Of a stretch of DNA of 64,000 nucleotides, positions 1 to 12,266 are shown piece after piece. The notes under the pieces were generated by a model. The model was not told where the DNA came from. It saw only the letters and a program-made list of their open reading frames with translations, and did not search any database. Positions within the stretch are counted from its first letter, which is position 1. Each line of letters starts with the position of its first letter. Both the position numbers and the translations under genes were made by a program. Origin of the DNA: Octopus sinensis (lineage: Eukaryota). The DNA is taken from contig NC_043023.1 of assembly GCF_006345805.1 (NCBI RefSeq), positions 12,586,001 to 12,650,000 on the forward strand, read 5' to 3'.

Positions 1-1805
1 TCTTTATATATGGGGTTTCGGTTAAGGTTTTTCGGTTAAGGTTTGTGTTAGGGGTGGGAGAAAAAGGGTTCTGTTATCTTCAAATGTAAACAAAGCCACT
101 CACGGTACTTTATCGAAGGATCGCCAAAAAAATTATTTATTTTGTGTTTTATTTACTTTGCTAGGTAGTCGTTGTAGGATCGACTAGTCACGACTAACTA
201 GCTCGAGTGCGCTCACCGGGACCACTCTTTAAAATCGTACCGGAGAAAATTAGAACGATTAATCGAATTTTTTAACATTTTATACTAAAAAATAAAATAC
301 GCAGAACGGGCACTCGCGAATATAAACAAACATGTATGTACGTATACGTATGTATTTATGCATATATATGTATTATTATGTATACATATATGTGTGTGGT
401 AAGGGTGGTGAAAGAAATTGAATATTAATAATAACATCAATTTCGTATGGATTTGGCGTTTGGTTCAGCAAATTATGTTTTTGATATACTCTACCGATGA
501 TTCGAAAATGATTTGTAAGTAAAATTACACAATCTATTAACGATGAAACAATTGTATAGAGTTAATCATTTTTTCGTTATTTTTCATTTGTCCTGCCCGC
601 TTACATTCTTGGCGTGTTGAATTAACGCTTGAGAACAATTCTTTAGTGGTGGATTCCCTTTGCGGATCTATTTCTAGCGTTAGAGTGACCACATGTGGTC
701 CTTCTCTTATTACTTGTATGTATAATTATATATATGTGTGGTGTGTGTATACAAATATTTTGTAGGAATCTTGCACGCATGAAGTAGATTTGATCCACCA
801 TAGCCAAAATTTAATTAACCCTTCACCAAATTTTTCCCACGGCAGAACAATAGAGAAATCTCTATACAGAATGTTGTAAAAGTTTCAATGCCTCAATGGA
901 TTCTGACCCCTGCAACATAGACATTAAATGGATGACAGTGTTGATGTTGTAAGATTTGCAATGTTGAATTACTATGTCGTTTAATGATTCTCTTTATCTC
1001 ACTGCTTCTGTTTTTTCTATTTCAGAATATAACATCCTGTTGATATGAAAGAAATTACTTCATTCAGATGTGCCTCTGATATTTTATCAGCTCCCACCAA
1101 CCAAGGAAGAGGATATATTATAAGGAGCATTCATCAATACATCAAACCCATCTTATAAAGGAAATCTGTGAAAAACAACAGCAAAATATTTCTTCTGGAC
1201 GATGGAATTAACAGCAACAATTTGAATCTTTGCTGTCTGGAATATAGAGGAGATGATTGTTTTACAGGTTAATTAAGCTGGATAACTTTACAAAGGGGTA
1301 GACAATTGTCACCTCTTGATTTAGATATTAAGCAAAATCTCAGATGAAAGAAGCATAGCATAAATTAATCTCTGAAAATAGCAACACAAATATATTCATA
1401 GAAATGAATTTTTTTTCCTATTTGATAATATCATACCATGTTGATTTAAAAGAAATTTCTTCATTCGGGATGTGTGTCTGATATTTTTATTGACTTTCAT
1501 CAATAAAGGAAGACCATATATTCATAAGGCACACATCATCAAACATCAGCTTCTTTATATAAAAAAATCTTCGACGAACGATGGGGGAAATATTTCTTCT
1601 GGATGATGGAATTAAGAGCAACATTTTTTTTGCCATCTGAATGTAGAGATGATGATGAACCTACAGGTTAAGTTTGAGTAACTTTACGAAAGAGTTAACA
1701 GTAACATAACATTAATTATCTCTATGGCTTTGAACACAAACATATCATAGAAGGAAACAGCATAACTATCACTGTGATATGTATAAACGAAATTATCTCT
1801 CATTA

Positions 1806-3448
<1,643 letters not shown>

Positions 3449-3473
3449 TCGTATCAATATCAAAATTTATTAC

Positions 3474-4033
3474 AACCCGGCAGGACAAGTGAGACCATAA
3501 CCCATGGCCTCTACCTGGGATGTAGCCAGTCCACTTATGCATAGCTTTCCTTCTAGGGACACAAAACTCTACTTGTGAAGACCTGTTGCGGCAAGTGAGA
3601 ATCAGATTCCAAATCGAAATCAATCAACATCAATAGAAATTGTAGCTGTGATACCAGTGCTGGTGGCACATAAAAAGCACCAACCGATCGTGGCCGCTGC
3701 CAGCTTCCTCTGGCACCTGTGCCAGTGGCATGTAATAAGCACCATCCGAACGTGGCCGTTGCCATCACCGTCCGAACTGGCTTCCGTGCCGGTGGCACGT
3801 AAAAAGAATCGACTGATCGTGGTCGATGCTAGCCCCCCCCTGGCCCCTGTGCCGGTGGCATGTAAAAAGCACCCACTGCACTCACAGAGTGGTTGGCGTT
3901 TAAGAAGGGCATCCAGCTGTAGAAACACTGCCAGACCAGACTGCAACCTGGTTCAGCCTCCTGGCTTCCCAGACCCCAGTCAACCGTCCAACCCATGCTA
4001 GCAGGGAAAACAGATGTTATACAATGATGATGA
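3474..4033 (+). mobile_element. 5'-truncated retroposon 3' end (RTE/LINE-like 3' UTR) with ~55-bp internal repeats and (GAT)n tail
   Basis: Starts ACCCGGCAGGACAAGTGAG, has GTGCCGGTGGCACGTAAAAAGCAC repeats and TTGGCGTT..GAAGGGCATCCAGC, and ends ATGATGATGA. Clade assignment is recalled, not searched. Confidence 0.75.
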
Positions 4034-4121
4034 GGAGGATTCTCCATTGTTTCCTGTGAAAGACAGCTGTTCTTTTGTGTACTGGACATTTCCAATGTTT
4101 TGTTATTAAACATTTTGTAAA

Positions 4122-4127
4122 AATAAA
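4122..4127 (+). terminator. Candidate poly(A) signal AATAAA downstream of the retroposon tail (type I spacers). Type II candidate at 11698.
   Basis: First AATAAA I could see after the stop codon, followed by a T/GT-rich tract. Confidence 0.35.
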
Positions 4128-4146
4128 ATTTTTTGTGCTTGCTTAT

Positions 4147-4537
4147 TCTCTCTTTCTCTTATACTTGTTTCAGTCGTTTGACTGCGGCCATGCTGGAGCT
4201 CCGCCTTTAATAGAGCATCTCGACCCCGGGACTTATTCTTTTGTAAGCCCAGTACTTATTCTATCGGTCTCTTTTGCAGAACTGCTAAGTGACGGGGACA
4301 TAGACTCACCAGCATCGATTATCAAGCAATGCTAGGGGGACAAACACAAACACATGCATATATATACATCTATACAACAGGCTTCTTTCAGTTTCTGTCT
4401 ACAAAATCCACTCACAAGGCTTTGGTCGGCATGAGGCTATAGTAGAAGACACTTACCCAAGGTGCCACGCAGTTGGACTGAATCTGGAACCATGTGGTTG
4501 GTAAGCAAGCTACTTACCACACAGCCACTCCTGCGCC
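4147..4537 (-). mobile_element. tRNA-derived SINE of octopus type (OK/Ceph-SINE-like) with (AAAGAG)n tail
   Basis: Minus strand begins GGCGCAGGAGTGGCTGTGTGGTAAG (A box), has a degenerate B box (GATTCAGTCCA; GGTTCAGTCCC in sister copies), and ends CTCCAGCATGGCCGCAGTC plus a purine tail. Family name is from memory, not a database search. Confidence 0.85.
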
Positions 4538-5037
4538 TATATCTATATTGTGATTACATTTTCTTTTGTGTTGACATATTTTGTGCCACATCTTCTGGGT
4601 AATCGGTAGCCATCTTATTTCTGGTGCCACTCCAATCTTTCTATTTCCATGCTCCGCTCTCATGGGGTAACCTTATAGTGACGCCTGGTCCCAGACACCA
4701 TTTTAGGATTTTCATCCACGCATGCGCAGGGGTAAGAGCCTGCCGGAAGCCCCTTATGCACATGTGCAGTCATCAGCATCAGCTAGGCTTGACCGCTGTC
4801 CTCTCTCTCTCTTCGCCCCTGCTTCCAACCAAGCCAGACGCAACTTGACCAGCTCCGTGTGGCTGGAATTCTGAAGGCGATCCATGACTTCAGCGAATCT
4901 GAGAAGTATGCCTTCACAATCGTGATTAAACTATCTCTGCTGTTTCCGCACCAAGGCGACCTAGCTACTGATTGTCCAGAGATGTAACGCTTGTACAGAC
5001 AGAAGAATAAATATTGTTATTTGTTCAGAGATCCTTG

Positions 5038-5377
5038 TTCTATTGATTTTGTTATGGCTTGGTGGGGTGACTGGGGAAATGTAAAGATGTGCACGACCTC
5101 CCTTTGACGGTTTGGAATGACCATAGAAAGTGCGAGCCCACGAACTGAAAAATTGTCGATTTGTATAAAGGACACACGCACAGACAGATATTTTTCCGTT
5201 TATATATATATTTAATGGCTTTGCGGTGTAACTGGGGAAATGTAAAGATGTGCACGACCACCCTTGGACGGTTTTGAATGACCATAGAAAATGCGAGCCC
5301 TCTAACTGAGAAACTGTGGATTTGTATAAAGGACACGCACACACAGACAGACATTTGGCCATTTATATATAGAGAGA
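5038..5377 (-). mobile_element. Helitron-like 5' fragment, internally duplicated in this unit
   Basis: Minus strand starts A|TCTCTCTATATATAAA, a typical non-autonomous Helitron 5' end. The ~165-bp module is present twice here and once near 19490-19660, 34395-34565, 43815-43985 and 52275-52460. No 3' CTAG hairpin found. Confidence 0.45.
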
Positions 5378-5838
5378 TGTTGATGTAATTCAGCCTAAGG
5401 AGACATCTACAGCTGGCTACACGACATGATCTGTTTATATTCGCGAGTGCCCGTTCTTCATATTTTATTTGTTAGTATAAAATACTTTTAAAAAATGGAT
5501 GAATCTTCCTAATTTTCAGCAGATTTAAGAATTATCTTTTAAATCTGTAGGTCAAAAGGTAAAAATCCCAGCGCTTCTCTATTTCCTTTCGTAATTGTGC
5601 ATTATGTTGGGAGCGGCGACATCTTTTCCCTCCCCGTTGTCATTGGAAGAATTAATCAACCTTCGAATATCGAACACGCGACACTACATTCCATCCACTG
5701 ACGGTTCTCTCAAAGTAGCAACTTAATTATACATGAGAGAAAATAGATCACTGTGATCATCATCATCATCATCGTTTAACGTCCGATTTCCATTGTAGCA
5801 TGGGTTGCACGATTTCATTGAGGACTGGCGAACCAGGA

Positions 5839-5949
5839 GGCAGCACCAGGCTCCAATCTGATCTGGCAGAGTTTCTACAGCTGGATGCCCTTCCTAACAC
5901 CAACAAGCTGTAGAAACTCTGCCAGATCAGATTGGAGCCTGGTGCAGCC
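5839..5949. repeat. 111-bp hairpin, 46-bp arms and 19-nt loop, from the retroposon tail
   Basis: GGCAGCACCAGG...CAGCTGG / loop ATGCCCTTCCTAACACCAA / reverse complement with 2 mismatches. Also at 20124-20234, 20877-20987, 35030-35140, 35783-35893, ~44926-45036 and ~53442-53551. Confidence 0.9.
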
Positions 5950-5983
5950 ATCTGGTTCGCCAACTGTTCTCTTAGAATAATGT

Positions 5984-6381
5984 GGATCTTTTCGGTTTCA
6001 ACGGCAGGTTTTTAAATTTCTATGGAACTAAAAAAATTTTAACTTCGTATACAGATAGAATGTATTTATAAAGCATCCTTTTCCTTGGCTTTATTGAGAA
6101 AATTCTGTAGTTTGTAACATATTTGTTGTTTTTTTTTCTGCAATTTCAACCAATCAATGACGTCTATTGAGGTCAAAGAAACAGTATGTGCCTTATGACT
6201 ATGTCCCTCGTTTAAGAAACAGATTGGGATTATTTACATTTTTGAAGGAAAAAATATACCCTTTCCCCACCCCTAACCCTAACACAGATTCAAATGCAAT
6301 AGATCGATACTAGGGTTATAATTATGGGTGACAAGTTCATATGACACTGCTACAAAAAACTGCCCGTCAAACCGAAAAGAT
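5984..6381. mobile_element. MITE family C (TIR GGATCTTTTCGGTTTGAACGGCAG)
   Basis: Ends are reverse complements, with an internal CCCTAACCCTAAC core. Further copies or fragments near 21020, 35930, 45070 and 53585. Confidence 0.7.
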
Positions 6382-6854
6382 TTTTGTTTACATTTGTGAA
6401 GATAACAGAAAGCCTTTTCTCCCCACTTCTAACCCAAACACGTGGAAATTATTTTTAAAAAACTGCCGGTCAAACCGAAAAGATCCTTTTTTTTACACAA
6501 AGTAAATAATAAGGCGATGCTTCGATATATAAGTACACACGTGACTTTGTTTACATTTGTGAAGATAACAGAAAGCCTTTTCTCCCCACTCCTAACCCAA
6601 ACACGTGGAAATTATTTGCAAAAACTGCCGTTCAAACCGAAAAGATCCCAAATATCTTACAAACTATAGAATTTTCTCAATAAAGCCAAGAGAAACAGAT
6701 GTTTTATAAACACATTCTACCAGTATACGAAGTTTAAAAGTGTTTAGTTACGTGGAAATTATTTTAAAAAACTGCCGGTCAAACCGAAAAGATCCCCAAA
6801 AGGTATCCAAGCCTTGTTCTTTAGATGAGAGAGAAGTGTGAAGGAAGGACAATG

Positions 6855-7013
6855 ATTGGACAGGAGAGAAAATGACGTCAGAAACGGATCGGAAGTGCAA
6901 CGGCCTGACGTCACATCAGGAAGATATAACTCAAAGATGCCTTCTTTCTTTCGGTGTCTGCGACGGGGTCCAGTTCGTGCGCTGGAAACGGTCGTAGATT
7001 AGAATATGTGAGT
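6855..7013 (+). promoter_or_regulatory. Putative ZNF2 promoter and first exon
   Basis: ATTGG (reverse CCAAT) 6855, TGACGTCA 6873 and 6906, CGGAAGT 6890, CpG-rich stretch, donor GTGAGT at 7008. Same layout in units 2-9. Confidence 0.7.
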
Positions 7014-7245
7014 GTATATATTCTATATTACCTTTAAGGTAACATCGTTGACAGAATGGGACAAAGAAGACACCGGAACGAAACGAACCAGTCATGGAAA
7101 ATTGAAGAACTATAATCATATAAAGGGATATAACTTTCCTTAATTAATTAATTAACAATCACTGACTCGTTTGTATCTGAATACGGAAAGTTGACAACGA
7201 TTTATTTTAAGGCTGTAATGATGATAGTAATGCCAATAATGACAG

Positions 7246-7462
7246 GGTACTACTAGCGAACAGTGGTCCCGGTGTGCGCACTCGCGTATCCTCGCCTGCT
7301 AGTCGTAAGTAGTCGATCCTACAATTTTTAAAACTAAGTAAATACGTTATTTTTGTAAACAAACTAAGGTTAGAGTTAGAAAGTTGTAGGATCGACTACA
7401 TACGACTAGCTTGCACGGATGCGCGAGTGCGCGCACCTGGACCACTGTTCGCTAGTAGTACC
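7246..7462. mobile_element. Inverted-repeat element B1 (GGTACTACTAG...CTAGTAGTACC), ~80-bp arms
   Basis: Arms readable by eye. Present in intron 1 of units 2-9 (e.g. 14135-14351, 22198-22406), left arm partly deleted in unit 8. No clear TSD. Confidence 0.65.
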
Positions 7463-7637
7463 GCGCACCTCCAAGATAATGACGCTTACTTGTGAGAAAA
7501 AGTTAGGAAATGGGAAATATATCCAGAATACATAAAGTATGGAGGAAATTAGAAAGATTAATCTATTTTTTAAATATTTTATACTAAAAAATAAAATACG
7601 GAGAGCGGGCACTCGCGAATATAAACAAACATATAAG

Positions 7638-8059
7638 GGTACTATTTAAGAAGAGAGGTCGCGGTGGGGCGCGCTAGCGTGTCGTGACTAGTCGATCCTT
7701 ACTTTGTATTTTTGTTTTATTTATTTTGTTTAAAAAAATGAGCGTAACTTCGGTATAGGTACCGGAAGTACCAGATACATTTCAAGAAAGTGTCTTTTTT
7801 ATATATATATATATATGGGGGGTTATGGTTAAGGGTTGTGTTAGGGGAGGGAGAAAAGAGTTTATGTTATCTTCAGAAATGTAAACAAAGCCACTCACGG
7901 TACCTATACCGAAGGATCGCCAAAAAATTACTTACTTTGTGTAAAAAAATTATTTATTTTGTGTTTTATTTACTTTGCTAGGTAGTCGTTGTAGGATCGA
8001 CTAATCACGACTAACTAGCGCGAGTGCGCGCACCGGGACCACACTTTTTAAATAGTACC
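7638..8059. mobile_element. Inverted-repeat element B2 (GGTACTATTTAA...TTAAATAGTACC) with nested 17-bp inverted repeat
   Basis: TIRs related to B1. Inner CTTCGGTATAGGTACCG (7748-7764) and CGGTACCTATACCGAAG (7898-7914). Also at 14529-14946, 22584-22964 and in other units. Confidence 0.65.
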
Positions 8060-8536
8060 AGAGAAAATTAGAACGATTAATCTATTTTTTTAACTATTTT
8101 ATACTAAAAAATAAAACACGCAGAACGGGCACTCGCGAATATAAACAAACATGTATGTACGTATACGTATGTATTTATGCATATATATGTATTATTATGT
8201 ATACATATATGTGTGTGTGTAAGGGCGAAAGAAATTGAATATTAATTAATAACATCAATTTCGTATGGATTTTGGCGTTTGGTTCAGCAAATTATGTTTT
8301 TGATATACTCTACCGATGATTCGAAAATGATTTGTAAGTAAAATTACACAATCTATTAACGATGAAACAATTGTATAGAGTTAATCCATTTTTTCGTTAT
8401 TTTTCATTTGTCCTGCCCGCTTACATTCTTGGCGTGTTGAATTAATGCTTGAGAACAATTCTTTAGTGGTGGATGACCTTTGTGGATCTATTTCTAACGT
8501 TAGAGTGACCACATGTGGTCCCTCTCTTAATACTTG

Positions 8537-8567
<31 letters not shown>

Positions 8568-9673
8568 ATACAAATATATTTGTAGTGAATCGTAAAGTAG
8601 ATTGGATCCATCCTTGCCAAAATTTTACTTAACCCTTCACAAAAATTTTTCCCACGGCAGAACAATAGAGAAATCTCTATACAGAATGTTGTAAAAGTTT
8701 CAATGCCTCAATGGATTCTGACCCCTGCAAACATAGACATTAAATGGATGACAGTGTTGATGTTGTAAGATTTGCAATGTTGAATTACTATGTCGTTTAA
8801 TGATTCTCTTTATCTCACTGCTTCTTTTTTTTTCTATTTCAGAATATAACATCCTGTTGATATGAAAGAAATTACTTCATTCAGATGTGCCTCTGATATT
8901 TTATCAGCTCCCATCAACCAAAGGAAGATGATATATTTATAAGGAGCATTCATCAATACATCAAACTCATCTTATAAAGGAAATCTGTGAAAAACAACAG
9001 CAAAATATTTCTTCTGGACGATGGAATTAACAGCAACAATTTGAAGTCTTTGCTGTCTGGAATATAGAGGAGATGATTGTTTTACAGGTTAATTAAGCTT
9101 GGATAACTTTACAAAGGGTTAGACAATTGTCACCTCTTGATTTAGATATTAAGCAAAATCTCAGATGAAAGAAGCATAGCATTAAATTATTCTCTGAAAA
9201 TAGCAACACAAATATATTCATAGAAATGAATTTTTTTCCTATTTCATAATATCATACCATGTTGATTTAAAAGAAATTTCTTCATTCAGATGTGTGTCTG
9301 ATATTTTTATTGACTTTCATCAATTAAAGGAAGACCATATATTCATAAGGCACATTCATCAAAACATCAGCTTCTTTATATAAATAAAATCTTCGCCGAA
9401 CGATGGGGAAATATTTCTTCTGGATGATGGAATTTAGAGCAACATTTTTTTTGCCATCTGGAATGTAGAGATGATGATGAACCTACAGGTTAAGTTTGAG
9501 TAACTTTACAGAAGAGTTAACCAATTTATATCTTCTGTTTTAGATATTAAGCAAGATCACCAATGAAAGTAACATAACATTTAATTATTCTCTGATGCAT
9601 TTGAACACAAACATTCATGGAAATGAAACAGATACTATCATTGTGATACGTATAACGAAATTATTCTCTCATA

Positions 9674-10898
<1,225 letters not shown>

Positions 10899-11004
10899 TA
10901 ACGTTGTGATATTTGTGGTGAGTCATTCTCTCAAATACGCCAATTAAGTACACATCTGAGTATTCATACACAGGTGTAATCGTATCAATATCAAAATTTA
11001 TTAC

Positions 11005-11491
11005 AACCCGGCAGGACAAGTGAGACCACAACCCATGGCCTCTACCTGGGATGTAGCCAGTCCACTTATGCATACCTTATCTTCTTGTGACACAAAACTC
11101 TACTTGTGAAGACCTTTTGAGGCAAGTGAGAATCAAAATCGAAATCAAACAACATCAATGGAAATTGCAGCTGTGATACCAGTGCTGGTGGCATGTAAAA
11201 TGCACCATCCGATCGTGGATGTTGCCAGTCCCGCCTGGCCCCCATGCCAGTGGCACGTAAAAAGCACCGGCCGACCGTAGCTGTTTGCCAGCCCCATCTG
11301 GCACCTGTGTCCGGTGGCACATAAAAAGCACCCACTACACTCACGGAGTGGTTGGCGTTAGGAAGGGCATCCAGCCATAGAAACATTACCAGATCAGACT
11401 GGGCCAGGTGCAGCCTTCTGGCTTCCCAGACTCCAGTTGGACTGTCCAACCCATGCTAGCATGGAAAGCGGATGCTAAATGATGATGATGA
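11005..11491 (+). mobile_element. Retroposon 3' tail after ZNF2 (copy at 25908-26394 after ZNF4)
   Basis: Same sequence family, ends GATGATGATG. Confidence 0.75.
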
Positions 11492-11760
11492 CAAGAATTA
11501 TGAATATTTTGTCTGCTAAAAGACAGGGTTCATTCCTCTTCAAGCTTGACATTATCAACTTCAGTTTCCTGGATGTCAACATGAAATTCATGAATCACAA
11601 CTTCAATATCATTTATATATCTAAATATATCAACACAGAGATGACTTTGGTTTCTGAAGAGGATTGTGCTGGATTTTTGAGGAATTTGTTATGAGAGAAT
11701 AAAGGAATGGGAATAAGGAATAAAAGTTTTAAGTGACATTGATTTTGTCTTTGTTGTGTT

Positions 11761-11926
11761 TTCATCATCATCATCCTCATCCTTCTTCTTCTTGTTCTCC
11801 GCCTCATCCTCCTTCTTTTTCTTTTTCTTCTTCTTCTCCCCCTCTTTCTTCTCCTCCTTCTCCGTCTTCTTCATCTTCTCCTTTTTCTTCTTCTTCTTCT
11901 TCTCCTTCTTCTTTTTCTTCTTCTTC
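11761..11926. repeat. Degenerate (TTC)n polypyrimidine tract (copies 26664-26829, shorter 41805-41904)
   Basis: Directly visible. Source of the spurious poly-K/E/S/F ORFs. Confidence 0.95.
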
Positions 11927-12266
11927 AGTGTCCATTTCCTTTGCATGCCTGGGTGGGAAATTGTGACCTGAGCTGGCAAGCCAGAGTGCTGCTCCAGGTT
12001 CCACTCAGATTTTGCTTGCTTTCTTTGGCTGTATGCCCTTAGGACGTCCATTGCGGTGAAAAACATTCTGTGCCTTATGAATATGTCCCTCGTTTAAGAA
12101 ACAGATTGGGTTTATTTACATTTGTGGAGAAATAAAGATAGCCTTCCCCCCACCCCTAAACCTAAAACAGATTTAAATGCAATAGATCGATACTAGGGTC
12201 ATAATTATGGGTGACAATTTCATATGACACTGCAAGAAAAAACTGCCGTTCAAACCGAAAAGATCC

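Larger units (their letters stand above)
7008..8842 (+). other. Putative 5' UTR intron 1 (representative, unit 2)
   Basis: GTGAGT donor, CTCAC branch-like motif, long pyrimidine tract and TTTCAG acceptor. The acceptor is kept in all nine units (unit 1 ends at 1025). Confidence 0.65.

Noticed and set aside
3553-4113. Cys/Ala/Trp-rich ORFs (ATGTGAR repeats) downstream of each ZNF
   Set aside because: They are readings of the retroposon 3' UTR repeats. No RT or endonuclease motifs, and frames differ between copies.
4460-4537. tRNA gene
   Set aside because: The A/B boxes belong to the SINE head, which continues into SINE body and tail with no complete cloverleaf.
6270-6285. Interstitial telomere (CCCTAA/TTAGGG)
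   Set aside because: Only one or two units, inside MITE cores.
6931-7119. Conserved minus-strand ORF M(I/V)IVLQFSMTGSFRSG... in units 2-9, and similar intronic ORFs (MPVLRILFF..., MFCRGKNF...)
   Set aside because: Conservation is explained by recent duplication of the unit. They overlap promoter or TE DNA, and their lengths and frames vary with microsatellites.
8150-8220. TACGTATACGTA palindrome in the AT/GT-rich intron tract
   Set aside because: Expected by chance in alternating purine-pyrimidine low-complexity DNA.
11479-11694. 71-aa ORF, and the antisense peptide [29 protein letters not shown] at 41574
   Set aside because: The ATGs come from the (GAT)n tail and there is no recognisable domain or splice context. 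A BLASTx would settle it, but I cannot support a call.
11613-12066. Poly-Lys/Glu/Ser/Phe ORFs
   Set aside because: Translations of the (TTC)n tract.
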